In this document: positions 26,574 through 36,257 of the stretch, piece after piece
Layout of the letters: the number at the start of each line of letters is the position of its first letter
How positions within the stretch are numbered: position 1 is the stretch's first letter
DNA from: a virus
Lineage: Duplodnaviria; Heunggongvirae; Uroviricota; Caudoviricetes
Strand: one strand, 5' to 3'
DNA: 64,000 nucleotides
IMG/VR virus record: IMGVR_UViG_3300043427_004512
The notes under the pieces: model-generated
What the model was told of the DNA's origin: nothing
The model's input: only the letters and a program-made list of their open reading frames with translations
The model's database searches: none
Position numbers and translations under genes: made by a program

Positions 26574-26822
26574 TTATAACAGTAGAATCAATTTATTATC
26601 ATGTAAAATAGGTTCTCCGTTTTTTGTTTCAATAGTACAAATAGTTTGTTCTTCCGATAGTTTTTCCAAAAGGAATATAGTAATTGGATAATAATTTATT
26701 AGACTATCATCACCAATATTTTTTTCAGATTTGACGTATCCTATCTCAAAATTCAGTATCTTTGTATCAGAACTAAACTTAAATCCATCATTTTCAAATG
26801 TAATTATTCCTTTCATTTTCAT
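26574..26822 (-). CDS. hypothetical protein
   Basis: 82 aa ORF. Confidence 0.35.
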   Translation of the reverse strand: MKMKGIITFENDGFKFSSDTKILNFEIGYVKSEKNIGDDSLINYYPITIFLLEKLSEEQTICTIETKNGEPILHDNKLILLL

Positions 26823-26851
26823 TTAATTAATACAATAAATATTTAATTTAT

Positions 26852-27136
26852 ATGTCTAACATTACAAACGAACAAATGAAAAAACTTATTCAGAGAGTTG
26901 TGAACAAAATTCTCAATGAAAAAGAATTTCAGGACATAAAAAAAATAGAAATATTTTTTGTTTTTGGCTCCAAAACCAAAAGTGCGTTCTGTAATTGGGC
27001 TTATGGAATGAAAATTAATTCACCAAAAAGATTCAACGATAATTTTATAATTTCTAAAATCCAAAGACTAACTCAATCTACTTTGGATAGGATGCTCGAT
27101 ACAAAAGTGTGTTGTACAGATGTTATTTTCGAATAA
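26852..27136 (+). CDS. hypothetical protein with leader-like N-terminus (MKKLIQRVVNKILNE)
   Basis: resembles the A/D leader style. Confidence 0.4.
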   Translation: MSNITNEQMKKLIQRVVNKILNEKEFQDIKKIEIFFVFGSKTKSAFCNWAYGMKINSPKRFNDNFIISKIQRLTQSTLDRMLDTKVCCTDVIFE

Positions 27137-27539
27137 CCTGTTCGTTGTATAATACTTTTTTTGACCCCTCATTATTCTTTTCGAATGATTTTACCATAAT
27201 TCCTGAAACGACGTTTGCGAAGTCTTCTACTGGACCACCTATATTTGGTGTTTTTTCGTCGTTTTTAAGACCTAATTTCTGATGTTGGAACTCATGAGCC
27301 CACTCGTGAGAAAGTGTCCTTAAAACGTCTATAACCATCCTATTTTTCGATAATACAAATAGTTCATGTGGAGGCATCCTCAACCCTGTAGTCATATGTG
27401 GTTCTCTACTACTTGTAAAATTGATATTGATTTCATCTTTTAAAGGTAGTTCCCTTTGTAGATACTCGATGAAATTCTTAATCGTAATCACCTGCTCCTC
27501 TGAGAAGTTATTTTTGATGTTTTTTAAATGAACTCGCAT
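27123..27539 (-). CDS. HExxH metallopeptidase-like protein (SHEWAHEF)
   Basis: HExxH motif. Confidence 0.4.
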   Translation of the reverse strand: MRVHLKNIKNNFSEEQVITIKNFIEYLQRELPLKDEININFTSSREPHMTTGLRMPPHELFVLSKNRMVIDVLRTLSHEWAHEFQHQKLGLKNDEKTPNIGGPVEDFANVVSGIMVKSFEKNNEGSKKVLYNEQVIRK

Positions 27540-27561
27540 ACTAAAATAAATATAACATTCA

Positions 27562-27924
27562 TTAGTCTGCGTCAGTTTCCCACTCCGAAACTATGAATTC
27601 GAGATGGAGAGATGTAATATGTTTGTACTTATTAACGAAACAATATGCCTTAAATCCTCCTGTGGCATTGAAATATGGTTCATATTGCCTAAGTCTGTCG
27701 CATTTTTTGGCCCCTTCCATGGCACCATTGAGGAGACCTTTAGCTGTATCAATCATTCTTTCTTTGGTTGGTATAGTCCTGTCTCCCCACCAAGTCCAGT
27801 TCAGTGCTTTCATGGTAAGTTGAACTTTATTGAAATCAAAATTTTCAATTGTTTCATTAACCATTTGTTCCATGGTTTTTAATTCTTTTGTTTGTTTCAT
27901 GAGATAAAAGTTTAACTCCTCCAC
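27562..27924 (-). CDS. hypothetical protein
   Basis: 120 aa ORF. Confidence 0.4.
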   Translation of the reverse strand: MEELNFYLMKQTKELKTMEQMVNETIENFDFNKVQLTMKALNWTWWGDRTIPTKERMIDTAKGLLNGAMEGAKKCDRLRQYEPYFNATGGFKAYCFVNKYKHITSLHLEFIVSEWETDAD

Positions 27925-27946
27925 GAAGGAGGAGTTATTAATTATT

Positions 27947-28687
27947 TTAGATTGCTTGAAGAACTCTTCTCATCTTACCTTCCCACTTCTCGATTTTGGC
28001 TTTTGGAACCCAAAACTCCATCTCTCCAATTTCTTCAACTCTTTTGAGATATTCATTTCTGAATTTTTCTACCTCAGAAACGTCCTTGATGTATTCTACT
28101 CCCATATGTTTAGCACATATCTTTCCCATATGTGTTGCCATAGAAAATTCATCGGTAAGTGTTTTAGCACAACACATACAAACATCACCACGTTTAACGG
28201 TCATCTTACCTGAAAATTTAATCGCTTTCGGTGAGATTGCAAGGATTTTAGTTATGTCCAAAAGAATTGGATTGAATTTGAGACCATATTGCTCCTTGAG
28301 CCTTTGACCTACTGTGCGACCGATTTTAATTGTCTCACCAGGAGTTGGCCATTTTACTTGAATAGTTTTTTCTTTATCTTGGTCTTTTTGAATTTGTCTG
28401 TTGGCGGCTTCTACTTGCTTGTGAGTCAAAGTACCGTATGTTTGGAGTTTCTTTTTGATGTCCAAGACAAACTCACTTGGTCCTTGATAATCAAAAATAG
28501 TTTTCATTTCAGGGGTCAATGAATCAGGAGAAACAATATTTGACTTACTGTTCAATGCCTTCTCGACTGCTTCAAGTTGTTTACCAGTAAGTGAACCCCA
28601 CTTTTTGAGACTTTCCTTAATTTTCAAAACGAAAGGATTTTCTCCGTTGTAGTTTCTAACTCTGTCGATGATAGTAGAATGTGTCAT
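27947..28687 (-). CDS. hypothetical protein (start moved to MTHSTIIDRV)
   Basis: the track N-extension contains the conserved promoter box, so the internal ATG at 28687 is preferred. Confidence 0.45.
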   Translation of the reverse strand: MTHSTIIDRVRNYNGENPFVLKIKESLKKWGSLTGKQLEAVEKALNSKSNIVSPDSLTPEMKTIFDYQGPSEFVLDIKKKLQTYGTLTHKQVEAANRQIQKDQDKEKTIQVKWPTPGETIKIGRTVGQRLKEQYGLKFNPILLDITKILAISPKAIKFSGKMTVKRGDVCMCCAKTLTDEFSMATHMGKICAKHMGVEYIKDVSEVEKFRNEYLKRVEEIGEMEFWVPKAKIEKWEGKMRRVLQAI

Positions 28688-28706
28688 ATGTTTGTGTTTT
28701 GTTACA

Positions 28707-28714
28707 CAAAGATA
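28707..28714 (-). promoter_or_regulatory. -7 box TATCTTTG 20 nt upstream of the ATG at 28687
   Basis: aatgtCCTATCTTTGTgtaacaaaacacaaacatATG is nearly identical to the region upstream of 29650. Confidence 0.45.
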
Positions 28715-28747
28715 GGACATTATTTTTAATCCACCAAAAATATTTTT

Positions 28748-29038
28748 TTAGGGTAAATTATCTAACCATTCCTGTAGCGGAATGTGGTTCCCATTGTATT
28801 GTTTTTTTCTTAATTGATTTGCCTGTATTTGCTCCTCAGTTGGATATGAACCATCGGATAATGGACCTTTAGGGTTTGGTTGACTACCTACAAATTGTAG
28901 TATGTTTTGAAAACAGTGTGCAGTATAAGCATACAATTCACATAAAAAGGCAACTTTTTTTTCTTCATATTCTGGAAAATAAAAGGTTTCCACATATGTT
29001 AGTCCTGTCGTGTCGTAATTTAAGTCATCCATGTTCAT
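28748..29038 (-). CDS. hypothetical protein (start probably MNMDDLNYD)
   Basis: the track start overlaps the terminator hairpin. Confidence 0.35.
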   Translation of the reverse strand: MNMDDLNYDTTGLTYVETFYFPEYEEKKVAFLCELYAYTAHCFQNILQFVGSQPNPKGPLSDGSYPTEEQIQANQLRKKQYNGNHIPLQEWLDNLP

Positions 29039-29048
29039 AAATACTTGG

Positions 29049-29082
29049 AAAAAAAAATCCCTCAATTCGAGGGACCTTTTTT
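29049..29082. terminator. bidirectional terminator (A9 TCCCTC-aattc-GAGGGA cc T6)
   Basis: perfect hairpin with flanking A and T runs. Confidence 0.6.
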
Positions 29083-29176
29083 CTTAAATTTTCCAAAAAA
29101 AGAACTAAGAATTATGATACAAGCAAGAATCAAAGGTATACTGAAAAGGTACATCAAAATTGAAATTTTGAATACA

Positions 29177-29650
29177 TTAATTATTTCTAAAAGCATAGTC
29201 TGCCCAAGTTTTAGCATTAACAAGTTCCCACAAATTCATATCACACATATCAGGGAAAGAAGTTCTCATATTACCCACAGTCAACACTTTCAAGAAACCC
29301 AAGTCAATACTATACCACTTACCACCTTTAGTTGTTAGTACATTGAACCAAAGAACTTTACCGTTCTCGTAGGTATGTTTCATTTGAATATTGACGAGAC
29401 TGTTTTTATCCCATGAAGCAATTGCATCATAAGGAGTTCCTGTTATATCAGTGATATTGATAAACCCTGCTTGACACTTTGCGGCTACACGGAACTCATA
29501 TTTTCCATTTTCATCTTTGAGATGATTGGAAACCATGATAGAAGTTCTTTTACCTTTAACTGTGGTGTCAAAAGAACCGTAGAAAACATCTCCTGCCATT
29601 ACTGGGTCTGTACTAACTTTAACTGATGGGATTGTGATTGTGGTAGTCAT
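29177..29650 (-). CDS. hypothetical protein
   Basis: 157 aa ORF. Confidence 0.45.
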   Translation of the reverse strand: MTTTITIPSVKVSTDPVMAGDVFYGSFDTTVKGKRTSIMVSNHLKDENGKYEFRVAAKCQAGFINITDITGTPYDAIASWDKNSLVNIQMKHTYENGKVLWFNVLTTKGGKWYSIDLGFLKVLTVGNMRTSFPDMCDMNLWELVNAKTWADYAFRNN

Positions 29651-29670
29651 ATTGTTTTGTTTTGTGAATA

Positions 29671-29678
29671 CAAAGATA
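29671..29678 (-). promoter_or_regulatory. -7 box TATCTTTG 20 nt upstream of the ATG at 29650
   Basis: aatgaCCTATCTTTGTAttcacaaaacaaaacaatATG. Confidence 0.45.
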
Positions 29679-29735
29679 GGTCATTCTCAATTACCGGCCA
29701 AATATTTTTTTTAAAATATTTTAACTGATTGATTT

Positions 29736-30080
29736 TCAAGAATTTACACATTTATTAGGTTGGAAACACCCTTGTCCAGCTCCTTCTACATACCCAACCC
29801 TGAAATTAATATCAGTTGTGGTCTTATATGGTGATACTTTACCACACATAACGCACTTATCATACCCATTTTCAACATATGAATCAGATTCTTTTGGTAA
29901 ATGAATTCCTTTAACCAAACCTGTTTCATCTGCGATAATGATAAATTTTTCATCATCATAGTCTCTCAAATCTTCATATTTTTTTTCCGACCAATAACGT
30001 TGTCTAACAAACTCTCCAAGTTCATAATCGTTGGGATGGTCAAGTACATCTTTTTCTGTAATAGTTAAATAAATTGACAT
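29736..30080 (-). CDS. zinc-ribbon protein (CVMCGKV...CFQPNKC)
   Basis: two Cys pairs. Confidence 0.4.
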   Translation of the reverse strand: MSIYLTITEKDVLDHPNDYELGEFVRQRYWSEKKYEDLRDYDDEKFIIIADETGLVKGIHLPKESDSYVENGYDKCVMCGKVSPYKTTTDINFRVGYVEGAGQGCFQPNKCVNS

Positions 30081-30161
30081 AGTTTATATTTTCAACAAAG
30101 ATAATACAAAGTATCTTAATCAACAATCTTTTTTTTTAATATTTATTATTTAAAATTATTG

Positions 30162-31040
30162 ATGCAACCAATCAAAAGACCCGATACAACATTAATTAAA
30201 ATTTCAGAAAAATTATCTAAAACTATTAATTCTGGAGATATTAATGAAGTTTTGAAGTTAGTCGGAAAAAAAATAAAAAGAGACCGTGATTTTTTTGACT
30301 CATTTACCGCACAGGATTTATTGAAAATTTGTTTTTACACGTATTCAATTTGTCTAACGAAGAGTTCAGAACTTGGTCAAAAAATTATTGATAATCTTTC
30401 AATAATTTATTTACTTGAGGTGGAAGATTTTGAAGAATTTGAGCAACAAACATGTGACAATTGTGCGGGTGATGGCACCGTTGAGTGTTCATATTGTGGT
30501 GGAAATGGTGACTACCCTTGTGATACTTGTGAGGAAAGTGAAGTTGTTAGTTGTGATGACTGTGAGGGGAAAGGAACAACAACAGATGAAGATGGTAATG
30601 TAGAACCTTGTGATAATTGTGATGGTGAGGGAGAAATTTCATGTCCAAATTGTACTAATGGAAGAGAAACTTGTATGGAATGTTCGGGTAGAGGATATGA
30701 AGATTGTAATGAGTGCGATGGAAATGGGACCTATGAAACAAACCGAGTTCAATATTATCATCACATAATTCTTAATTGGGACAATAGATTCAAAGATGAA
30801 TGTGAAATCAGAGAAGAAATGAGAAAACCTGTAGATTACGATTATGAACAAGAAAATCAGATAGAATTGATGACAATGTTGGATTATGAAACGTTCAATA
30901 AAGATGTTGTAGAAGAAGATAAATTTTATTGTTATGACATTGAATCATTATCAGACTCGTCTTTGAGGTTAAATATTAATTCTCCGTATATCTTTACAAG
31001 TTTGAATTCACCAAGTGCTAGCAGTGGTTTAATAAAATAA
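30162..31040 (+). CDS. DnaJ-type zinc-finger repeat protein (about 8 CxxCxGxG repeats, no J domain)
   Basis: CDNCAGDG..CSYCGGNG..CDTCEES..CDDCEGKG..CDNCDGEG..CPNCTNG..CMECSGRG..CNECDGNG. Confidence 0.6.
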   Translation: MQPIKRPDTTLIKISEKLSKTINSGDINEVLKLVGKKIKRDRDFFDSFTAQDLLKICFYTYSICLTKSSELGQKIIDNLSIIYLLEVEDFEEFEQQTCDNCAGDGTVECSYCGGNGDYPCDTCEESEVVSCDDCEGKGTTTDEDGNVEPCDNCDGEGEISCPNCTNGRETCMECSGRGYEDCNECDGNGTYETNRVQYYHHIILNWDNRFKDECEIREEMRKPVDYDYEQENQIELMTMLDYETFNKDVVEEDKFYCYDIESLSDSSLRLNINSPYIFTSLNSPSASSGLIK

Positions 31041-31045
31041 GAAAA

Positions 31046-31069
31046 GAGAGGTTTGACCCTCTCTTTTAA
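31046..31069 (+). terminator. rho-independent terminator (AGAGAGG-tttgac-CCTCTCT plus TTT)
   Basis: directly after the stop at 31040. Confidence 0.5.
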
Positions 31070-31112
31070 TTGGGACTATCCGGTATTTTGGATAATCGCT
31101 CCACCACCAAGT

Positions 31113-31415
31113 TTAAGAACTTGGAAATTCTTGATTCATAACAATTCTAACAATTTCTTCAACGTCCTTCCCACTCTGATAAGGTAAGACATCATCTTCC
31201 GAGTGAAAAAATAATTTGGTGACAAATTGAGAATTTTCTTTTGTCATGATAGCAACTTCAAAGTCTTCAACAAAGTCTCCGTAAAGTCCTTGTCTTCCTC
31301 CAACAATTGAAATTTTGAAGTTGTTGACTTCGATACTTGTTCTTCTACCACCCATTCCGTCTTCAACAGAAAGGTCAATTACATCCTGAATTGTATATGT
31401 TTTATTTTGTGACAT
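31113..31415 (-). CDS. hypothetical protein
   Basis: 100 aa ORF. Confidence 0.4.
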   Translation of the reverse strand: MSQNKTYTIQDVIDLSVEDGMGGRRTSIEVNNFKISIVGGRQGLYGDFVEDFEVAIMTKENSQFVTKLFFHSEDDVLPYQSGKDVEEIVRIVMNQEFPSS

Positions 31416-31677
31416 CTGCTTCGATTTTTGACTTTTTTTCTAAATGTTCGCTCAAGGTATAAGGTATTGAATTTCCCAACACCAAAGAGTTTGAAAGTAT
31501 TTTTGTGGGTATATGAACCAAGAAGTCTTCTCCATTGAAAAAGGAAAGGTCATTTTTCAATTCTATACATCCATGAACCATTTTCAAGAATAATTTGAAC
31601 TGTGTTTTATTCATGAATGTCTCGTTCAAGATTTCTCCGTGTGTCTCGTGTGTTATTTTAATAGTGTATATATTCAT
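31402..31677 (-). CDS. hypothetical protein
   Basis: 91 aa ORF. Confidence 0.35.
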   Translation of the reverse strand: MNIYTIKITHETHGEILNETFMNKTQFKLFLKMVHGCIELKNDLSFFNGEDFLVHIPTKILSNSLVLGNSIPYTLSEHLEKKSKIEADVTK

Positions 31678-31715
31678 ACCACAAATTTAGTTCTTTTTAC
31701 TCAAACACCAAAATA

Positions 31716-32264
31716 TTATTCGTGTGTATTACTCATTATAGTAGTTCCTAAGTTATTACTCGAATCACTAATTATCCTGTAAGTTTTGATTTCACCTAAA
31801 TCAGGAAAGCTGACTTGTTCTACGGTTATACCCCATTTCTGTACTTGTTCGTTCACATCAGGAATAACAACACTTCCCAAATCATACAAATCAACCCATT
31901 TACACCCTTCAACGACATCTCGTATAATACCCTGAGTTGTATCAATCAACACGTCATTTGCGTGCATGACACCGAGCAAAAACTTTTCTACATCGTGTAT
32001 GTGGTACCTAACAATACTAGAAAGAACAACACTTTTTTCGTCCTCTGTGGTCACAGTTTGAGCTTTGAGATTAACTGTTTGTGTAATTACAGGAGTTGTT
32101 AAGATTTGGTCAAAAAAAGGTATTTTCCAACTCAAACCAGGTTCAACTACTTTTCTGAATATACCCAAACGTAGATGTACTCCCTTTTCCCATTGGTCTA
32201 CTATTTTGAAAGGTAGGAAGTCTACGATAAAGGTGACAACCAAGTCAATTAATTTGTCAAACAT
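31716..32264 (-). CDS. SPFH/band-7 (prohibitin-like) domain protein
   Basis: N-terminal TM then KIVDQWEKGVHLRLGIFRKVVEPGLSWKIPFFD, an SPFH pattern. Confidence 0.5.
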   Translation of the reverse strand: MFDKLIDLVVTFIVDFLPFKIVDQWEKGVHLRLGIFRKVVEPGLSWKIPFFDQILTTPVITQTVNLKAQTVTTEDEKSVVLSSIVRYHIHDVEKFLLGVMHANDVLIDTTQGIIRDVVEGCKWVDLYDLGSVVIPDVNEQVQKWGITVEQVSFPDLGEIKTYRIISDSSNNLGTTIMSNTHE

Positions 32265-32326
32265 AGTTTCAGAATTTATATACTAAGGTACAAAAATCTT
32301 TTAACATTACAAAATATTTATTTTTT

Positions 32327-32602
32327 ATGGAAGAAGATTTAAAAATGATAAAAAAAATACTTCTGTCGATGCAAATCACAGAAAATTATATAGATGGGGT
32401 CTTAATTCCTCACATAATTAGGTCCTTAGAACAATTTGAGGTTGATAAACTTACTCCTAACTTTTTATACAGAATTTTAATGTTCGAACTCGGTAGAAAT
32501 CATGCAGAAGATGTAAGAGATTATTTTCAACAATATAGAGAAAAAGGTTATTTTACAGACAAATTAACGGATTTTCTTAGGAAATCAAAGTGGACCAAGT
32601 AA
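32327..32602 (+). CDS. hypothetical protein
   Basis: 91 aa ORF. Confidence 0.4.
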   Translation: MEEDLKMIKKILLSMQITENYIDGVLIPHIIRSLEQFEVDKLTPNFLYRILMFELGRNHAEDVRDYFQQYREKGYFTDKLTDFLRKSKWTK

Positions 32603-32608
32603 TAGATT

Positions 32609-32941
32609 ATGCCAAAAGATTTTAAGAAAATTTTAGACAAGATTTCTGGTAGACAAAAACACACTATCAATGTGACTGTAAGAGCGCCTTATGATGATAA
32701 AAGGTATAGACTTTCTTTCGATGTAGAAATTCAGAGCGCAATTTTTACTTCCGTAATGACAATCACCTTTGTAGTATCTAACAGAACGGTAAACGGGGAA
32801 ATTGATGACCAAGAGTTTGAATATTGGTTTAATAAATCAAATTTCCAAGAAGAATTAAAAGATGATACGTATGATTTCTTCAAATTATCTGCTTTGGGTG
32901 TTGAGTACGATGATTTTGAGATGAGATTTATTTTCGATTAA
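32609..32941 (+). CDS. hypothetical protein
   Basis: 110 aa ORF. Confidence 0.4.
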   Translation: MPKDFKKILDKISGRQKHTINVTVRAPYDDKRYRLSFDVEIQSAIFTSVMTITFVVSNRTVNGEIDDQEFEYWFNKSNFQEELKDDTYDFFKLSALGVEYDDFEMRFIFD

Positions 32942-33630
32942 GAATTATATACCTTTCTATATTTCTTACTTAACGACTTCAATATATTTTTCTTGACACC
33001 TTTACTGAACTTCTTACTTTCCCAACCAAAATTAAGATACGCCTGAATCTCATCATAAACCACACCTTCAGTATAACCCATCTCAAGTAGATTGTTCTTG
33101 AGTGTCTCACGAACTTCAGGGTCTATTGAATCGGTAATCTCATCAACAGCCTTCTTATATTCCTTATTGGTATAATATAACCCGTGACAAACCTCGTGTT
33201 TGAATGTATTACCTTCCATATCCTCGGTTCCGATGATATAGGCATTCATGTCTCTCGTATGTTTTTTGTGGAACATACGACCTTGAACTGCCCATACAAT
33301 ATTTTTCATTACTTCATCCCATTTACTCTTCCAAGTGTCTTTCATTGTACTAACACCATCATAACACTCCCAAGCAACAGGTAATGGAATATTGAATCCA
33401 CTCCAATCAGAAGCATAAGTGAAACTTCCATTATTCTGAAAACTGTACCATGCAATATAATCCCAAATGTCAAACTTTTTACCTCTGAAGTCAGGATTTG
33501 GTGATTCATAAAACTCCTGAACTCTGAGAAAAGTCATTGCCCTTTCATATGAATCAGGAATGATTGCCGCGAATATTCTGTCTTTTACTTCGGTGATTTT
33601 TGGTGTCATATCTTGTGATTGTGTAGACAA
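32938..33630 (-). CDS. HExxH motif protein (HEVCHGLYY), 230 aa
   Basis: putative zinc metallohydrolase motif. Confidence 0.4.
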   Translation of the reverse strand: MSTQSQDMTPKITEVKDRIFAAIIPDSYERAMTFLRVQEFYESPNPDFRGKKFDIWDYIAWYSFQNNGSFTYASDWSGFNIPLPVAWECYDGVSTMKDTWKSKWDEVMKNIVWAVQGRMFHKKHTRDMNAYIIGTEDMEGNTFKHEVCHGLYYTNKEYKKAVDEITDSIDPEVRETLKNNLLEMGYTEGVVYDEIQAYLNFGWESKKFSKGVKKNILKSLSKKYRKVYNS

Positions 33631-33677
33631 AGATACGACTTATCTTGTGAATTAAAAAAAAACTATTTTTCTAATAG

Positions 33678-34598
33678 TTATAAACTACTTTCGAATATTT
33701 CTTTGGCCTTTGGATTAATGTCTAGTAATACGTAATTTCTACCCAAATTAATACAAGCCCTTCCTGTTGTTCCTGAACCTGCAAATGGGTCTAACACACT
33801 ATCCCCGATGTCACTATACATTTTAACCAATCTTTCAAGGAGTTCAACTGGTTTCTGAGTTGCATAATTTAATTTTTCACTTCCCTGTATTTGATTAATA
33901 TCGACCCATAAGTCACGAACAGGTATTCCTTCCATTTCACTTAAATATTTTTTGACTCGGGGAATTCCTTTTGAATTATACTCTAACCTATCCTCGTTAT
34001 GAAGTTGTTTCATTTTTTCTAAAGACCACCACCACTGCATGTGATGACCATTCCACTCATACCTGAGATTAGGTCTTTGAATTACGTCAGGTTGGCTATT
34101 ATGTGCCGCACTAGTTGTATACTCCCCTCTTAAATCTTTTTTGATTGTATTTGATTTCTTATATTCTTCATTGTATGGAATATAAATTGGATTATATTTG
34201 AATGTTTTCGATTTAGAATATACGATTAAAACGTCATGAAATCTCATGAGTTTTTTGGAACTTTTTTTATTTCCTCCACTTTTCCAAACAATTTCGTTTT
34301 GGAAGTTTTTTATTCCGAAAACATCGTCTAAAACCAGTCTTACATAATGTGAGATTTTAGGTTCGACATGAACTACAATAATCCCATCATTTTCCAACAA
34401 ATCTTTCATTATTTCCAACCTTGGCTTCAAAAACTCATACGCATAGTTTTGTATTGTTTCAAATTTATCATCAAAATCAAAAAAGTCTCTACCAGTATTG
34501 TATGGCGGGTCGAGATATATAAATCTGAATTTGTAATTTTCACTTCTGAGTCTTGACAGTTGTTCGAGATTTTCTCCGAGAAAAAAGTTATTGTACAT
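33678..34598 (-). CDS. DNA methyltransferase, beta-class N6A/N4C (DPPY then FAGSGTT)
   Basis: IYLDPPYNTGRDF (motif IV) precedes LDPFAGSGTTGRA (motif I). Confidence 0.7.
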   Translation of the reverse strand: MYNNFFLGENLEQLSRLRSENYKFRFIYLDPPYNTGRDFFDFDDKFETIQNYAYEFLKPRLEIMKDLLENDGIIVVHVEPKISHYVRLVLDDVFGIKNFQNEIVWKSGGNKKSSKKLMRFHDVLIVYSKSKTFKYNPIYIPYNEEYKKSNTIKKDLRGEYTTSAAHNSQPDVIQRPNLRYEWNGHHMQWWWSLEKMKQLHNEDRLEYNSKGIPRVKKYLSEMEGIPVRDLWVDINQIQGSEKLNYATQKPVELLERLVKMYSDIGDSVLDPFAGSGTTGRACINLGRNYVLLDINPKAKEIFESSL

Positions 34599-35208
34599 GG
34601 TTCGATAAATTTATAAGTTTAGTTGTTAACATATAAATATTATCGTATGAATTTTCTAAAAGTAAAGCTGATGGTACATGTGGCAAACAATATCCACGAT
34701 TGTTAACATCTTCTAACTCCTCAGATTTTATTAAAGAATAGGACCAATCTTTATATTTTTTTCTTAATCCCTCTTCTATGTGACAAATCACGATAAGAAC
34801 ATAATCAAACTCATTTATACTATATCTAACATGACCTGTATTTGAAGAACTATTTTGATTTTTTTCAGATAAACGTCTAGTATTTTCAAAATGAATTTGT
34901 TTACTATATGGTGTTTTACCATTTACTTGACGAAATTTAATCTGAATTTTTTTCTTTACTGGTAAAAGTAGTCGGTCAAATCCAGGACCATTATTGGAAT
35001 ACTTGAATTCTTCCACTAAATTGGGGTTTTTGTCCAAATTAAACAAGATTTGTTTATCGGCAATTTCATTGACCTTATAATGAATATATTCCTCTACAGC
35101 ACTCTGTATTGCCTTTCCGAAGTCTATAGGTTTTAAATTTTGTATGAAAGGGTTTTCCAGTGCAGAAATAACATCTTCAAAAGAATAGTCAACATTTCTA
35201 ATCTCCAT
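34588..35208 (-). CDS. hypothetical protein adjacent to the MTase (restriction endonuclease candidate)
   Basis: overlaps the MTase by 11 nt on the same strand; no confident PD-(D/E)xK assignment. Confidence 0.3.
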   Translation of the reverse strand: MEIRNVDYSFEDVISALENPFIQNLKPIDFGKAIQSAVEEYIHYKVNEIADKQILFNLDKNPNLVEEFKYSNNGPGFDRLLLPVKKKIQIKFRQVNGKTPYSKQIHFENTRRLSEKNQNSSSNTGHVRYSINEFDYVLIVICHIEEGLRKKYKDWSYSLIKSEELEDVNNRGYCLPHVPSALLLENSYDNIYMLTTKLINLSNHVQ

Positions 35209-35250
35209 GTATTTTTTTAAAAAAAATAATAAAATAAACTCAAAAAACAA

Positions 35251-36257
35251 AAAACCCCATTTGTAGAAACAAACGGGGTCAATTAGTTAAAAAAACTTTG
35301 AGAATACAAGTTCTATTTGAGAATCTTTAGAAGGATTATTGTTTCCCTTCGTTTCCACTTCCTTTTGAGAAGTAATCCTCAGTGACGATTAATTAGGTTA
35401 ATCAAACCTTGAGTTGTCAGATACTCTCTTGATACTTGCTACTCCTCGATGATGCCTCACCGATACTTCCTTGCGAGAATAGAGAACTTTTTCAAAAATC
35501 GTGTCGGGCTTGGGACCCTTCACGTCCGTGAACATCTCACGAATATGTAGTCACCTTTCACTGACAACTGACGGACACTTTTCCGTTTGTAATTATTATT
35601 GTTAATAACATTTAACAAATGAATTGGTTGTGGATTTGGAAAGTAGCGGTCCGTCAACCTGCTTCCCCATCTTTTGAACGAGGAAATACTGAACTACTCT
35701 CTGAAACATCCCTGTCTCCATACTTTAAGTCTACTTCATAACTCATGCCTTGGTAGGCTAAGGTTAAGGAGAACAACAGCACCACCTGTACGAACTCATA
35801 CCTTTCGGTTTTAAGTCAACTCTGATATTGAATCACGCAATTGTATAGTTGGATGACCATACTTCTTGCAAGAGTTCTACGGGTTATTCTTATTGGTGTT
35901 CCCACCTCAACCAAACGACCCACATCGCTTGGTCATCATTCCATTTCGCCTACAGTGTCACCCTCAGCTACTCAGGAACAATGATGTCCCGCTTGTCTAC
36001 TCGAGCTCAACAGGGGACACCCCTATCGAGCCGCAACCTACTTCAACCGAGGTAGGTCACTTTATACTGCTTTCACAGTTTATTTTATGGACTATAGACC
36101 GCCCAATATCTTAAATCAAAGAACTATCAAGTTTGAAGGAAAAAGGTATTTTTACGACCTGAAACCTTTCAGGGACCTTTACAACCCGTTTCCTTCAATT
36201 GTTCTACAAAATTAAGAAAGGTTTTTCATACTTCCAAATTTTTTAGAACTTTTTTTG
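35251..36257. other. about 1 kb ORF-free, GC-elevated region 3' of the tRNA (candidate structured ncRNA or gene remnant)
   Basis: no ORF over 80 aa in any frame; local hairpins such as CCTGAAAccTTTCAGG nested inside GAAGGAAA...TTTCCTTC. Confidence 0.4.

Noticed and set aside
35849-36114. ORFs of 68 and 82 aa in the GC-elevated non-coding interval
   Set aside because: They are overlapping alternative frames with Pro/Ser/His-rich junk translations, and they sit immediately next to a tRNA. The region is more likely non-coding RNA or decayed sequence.
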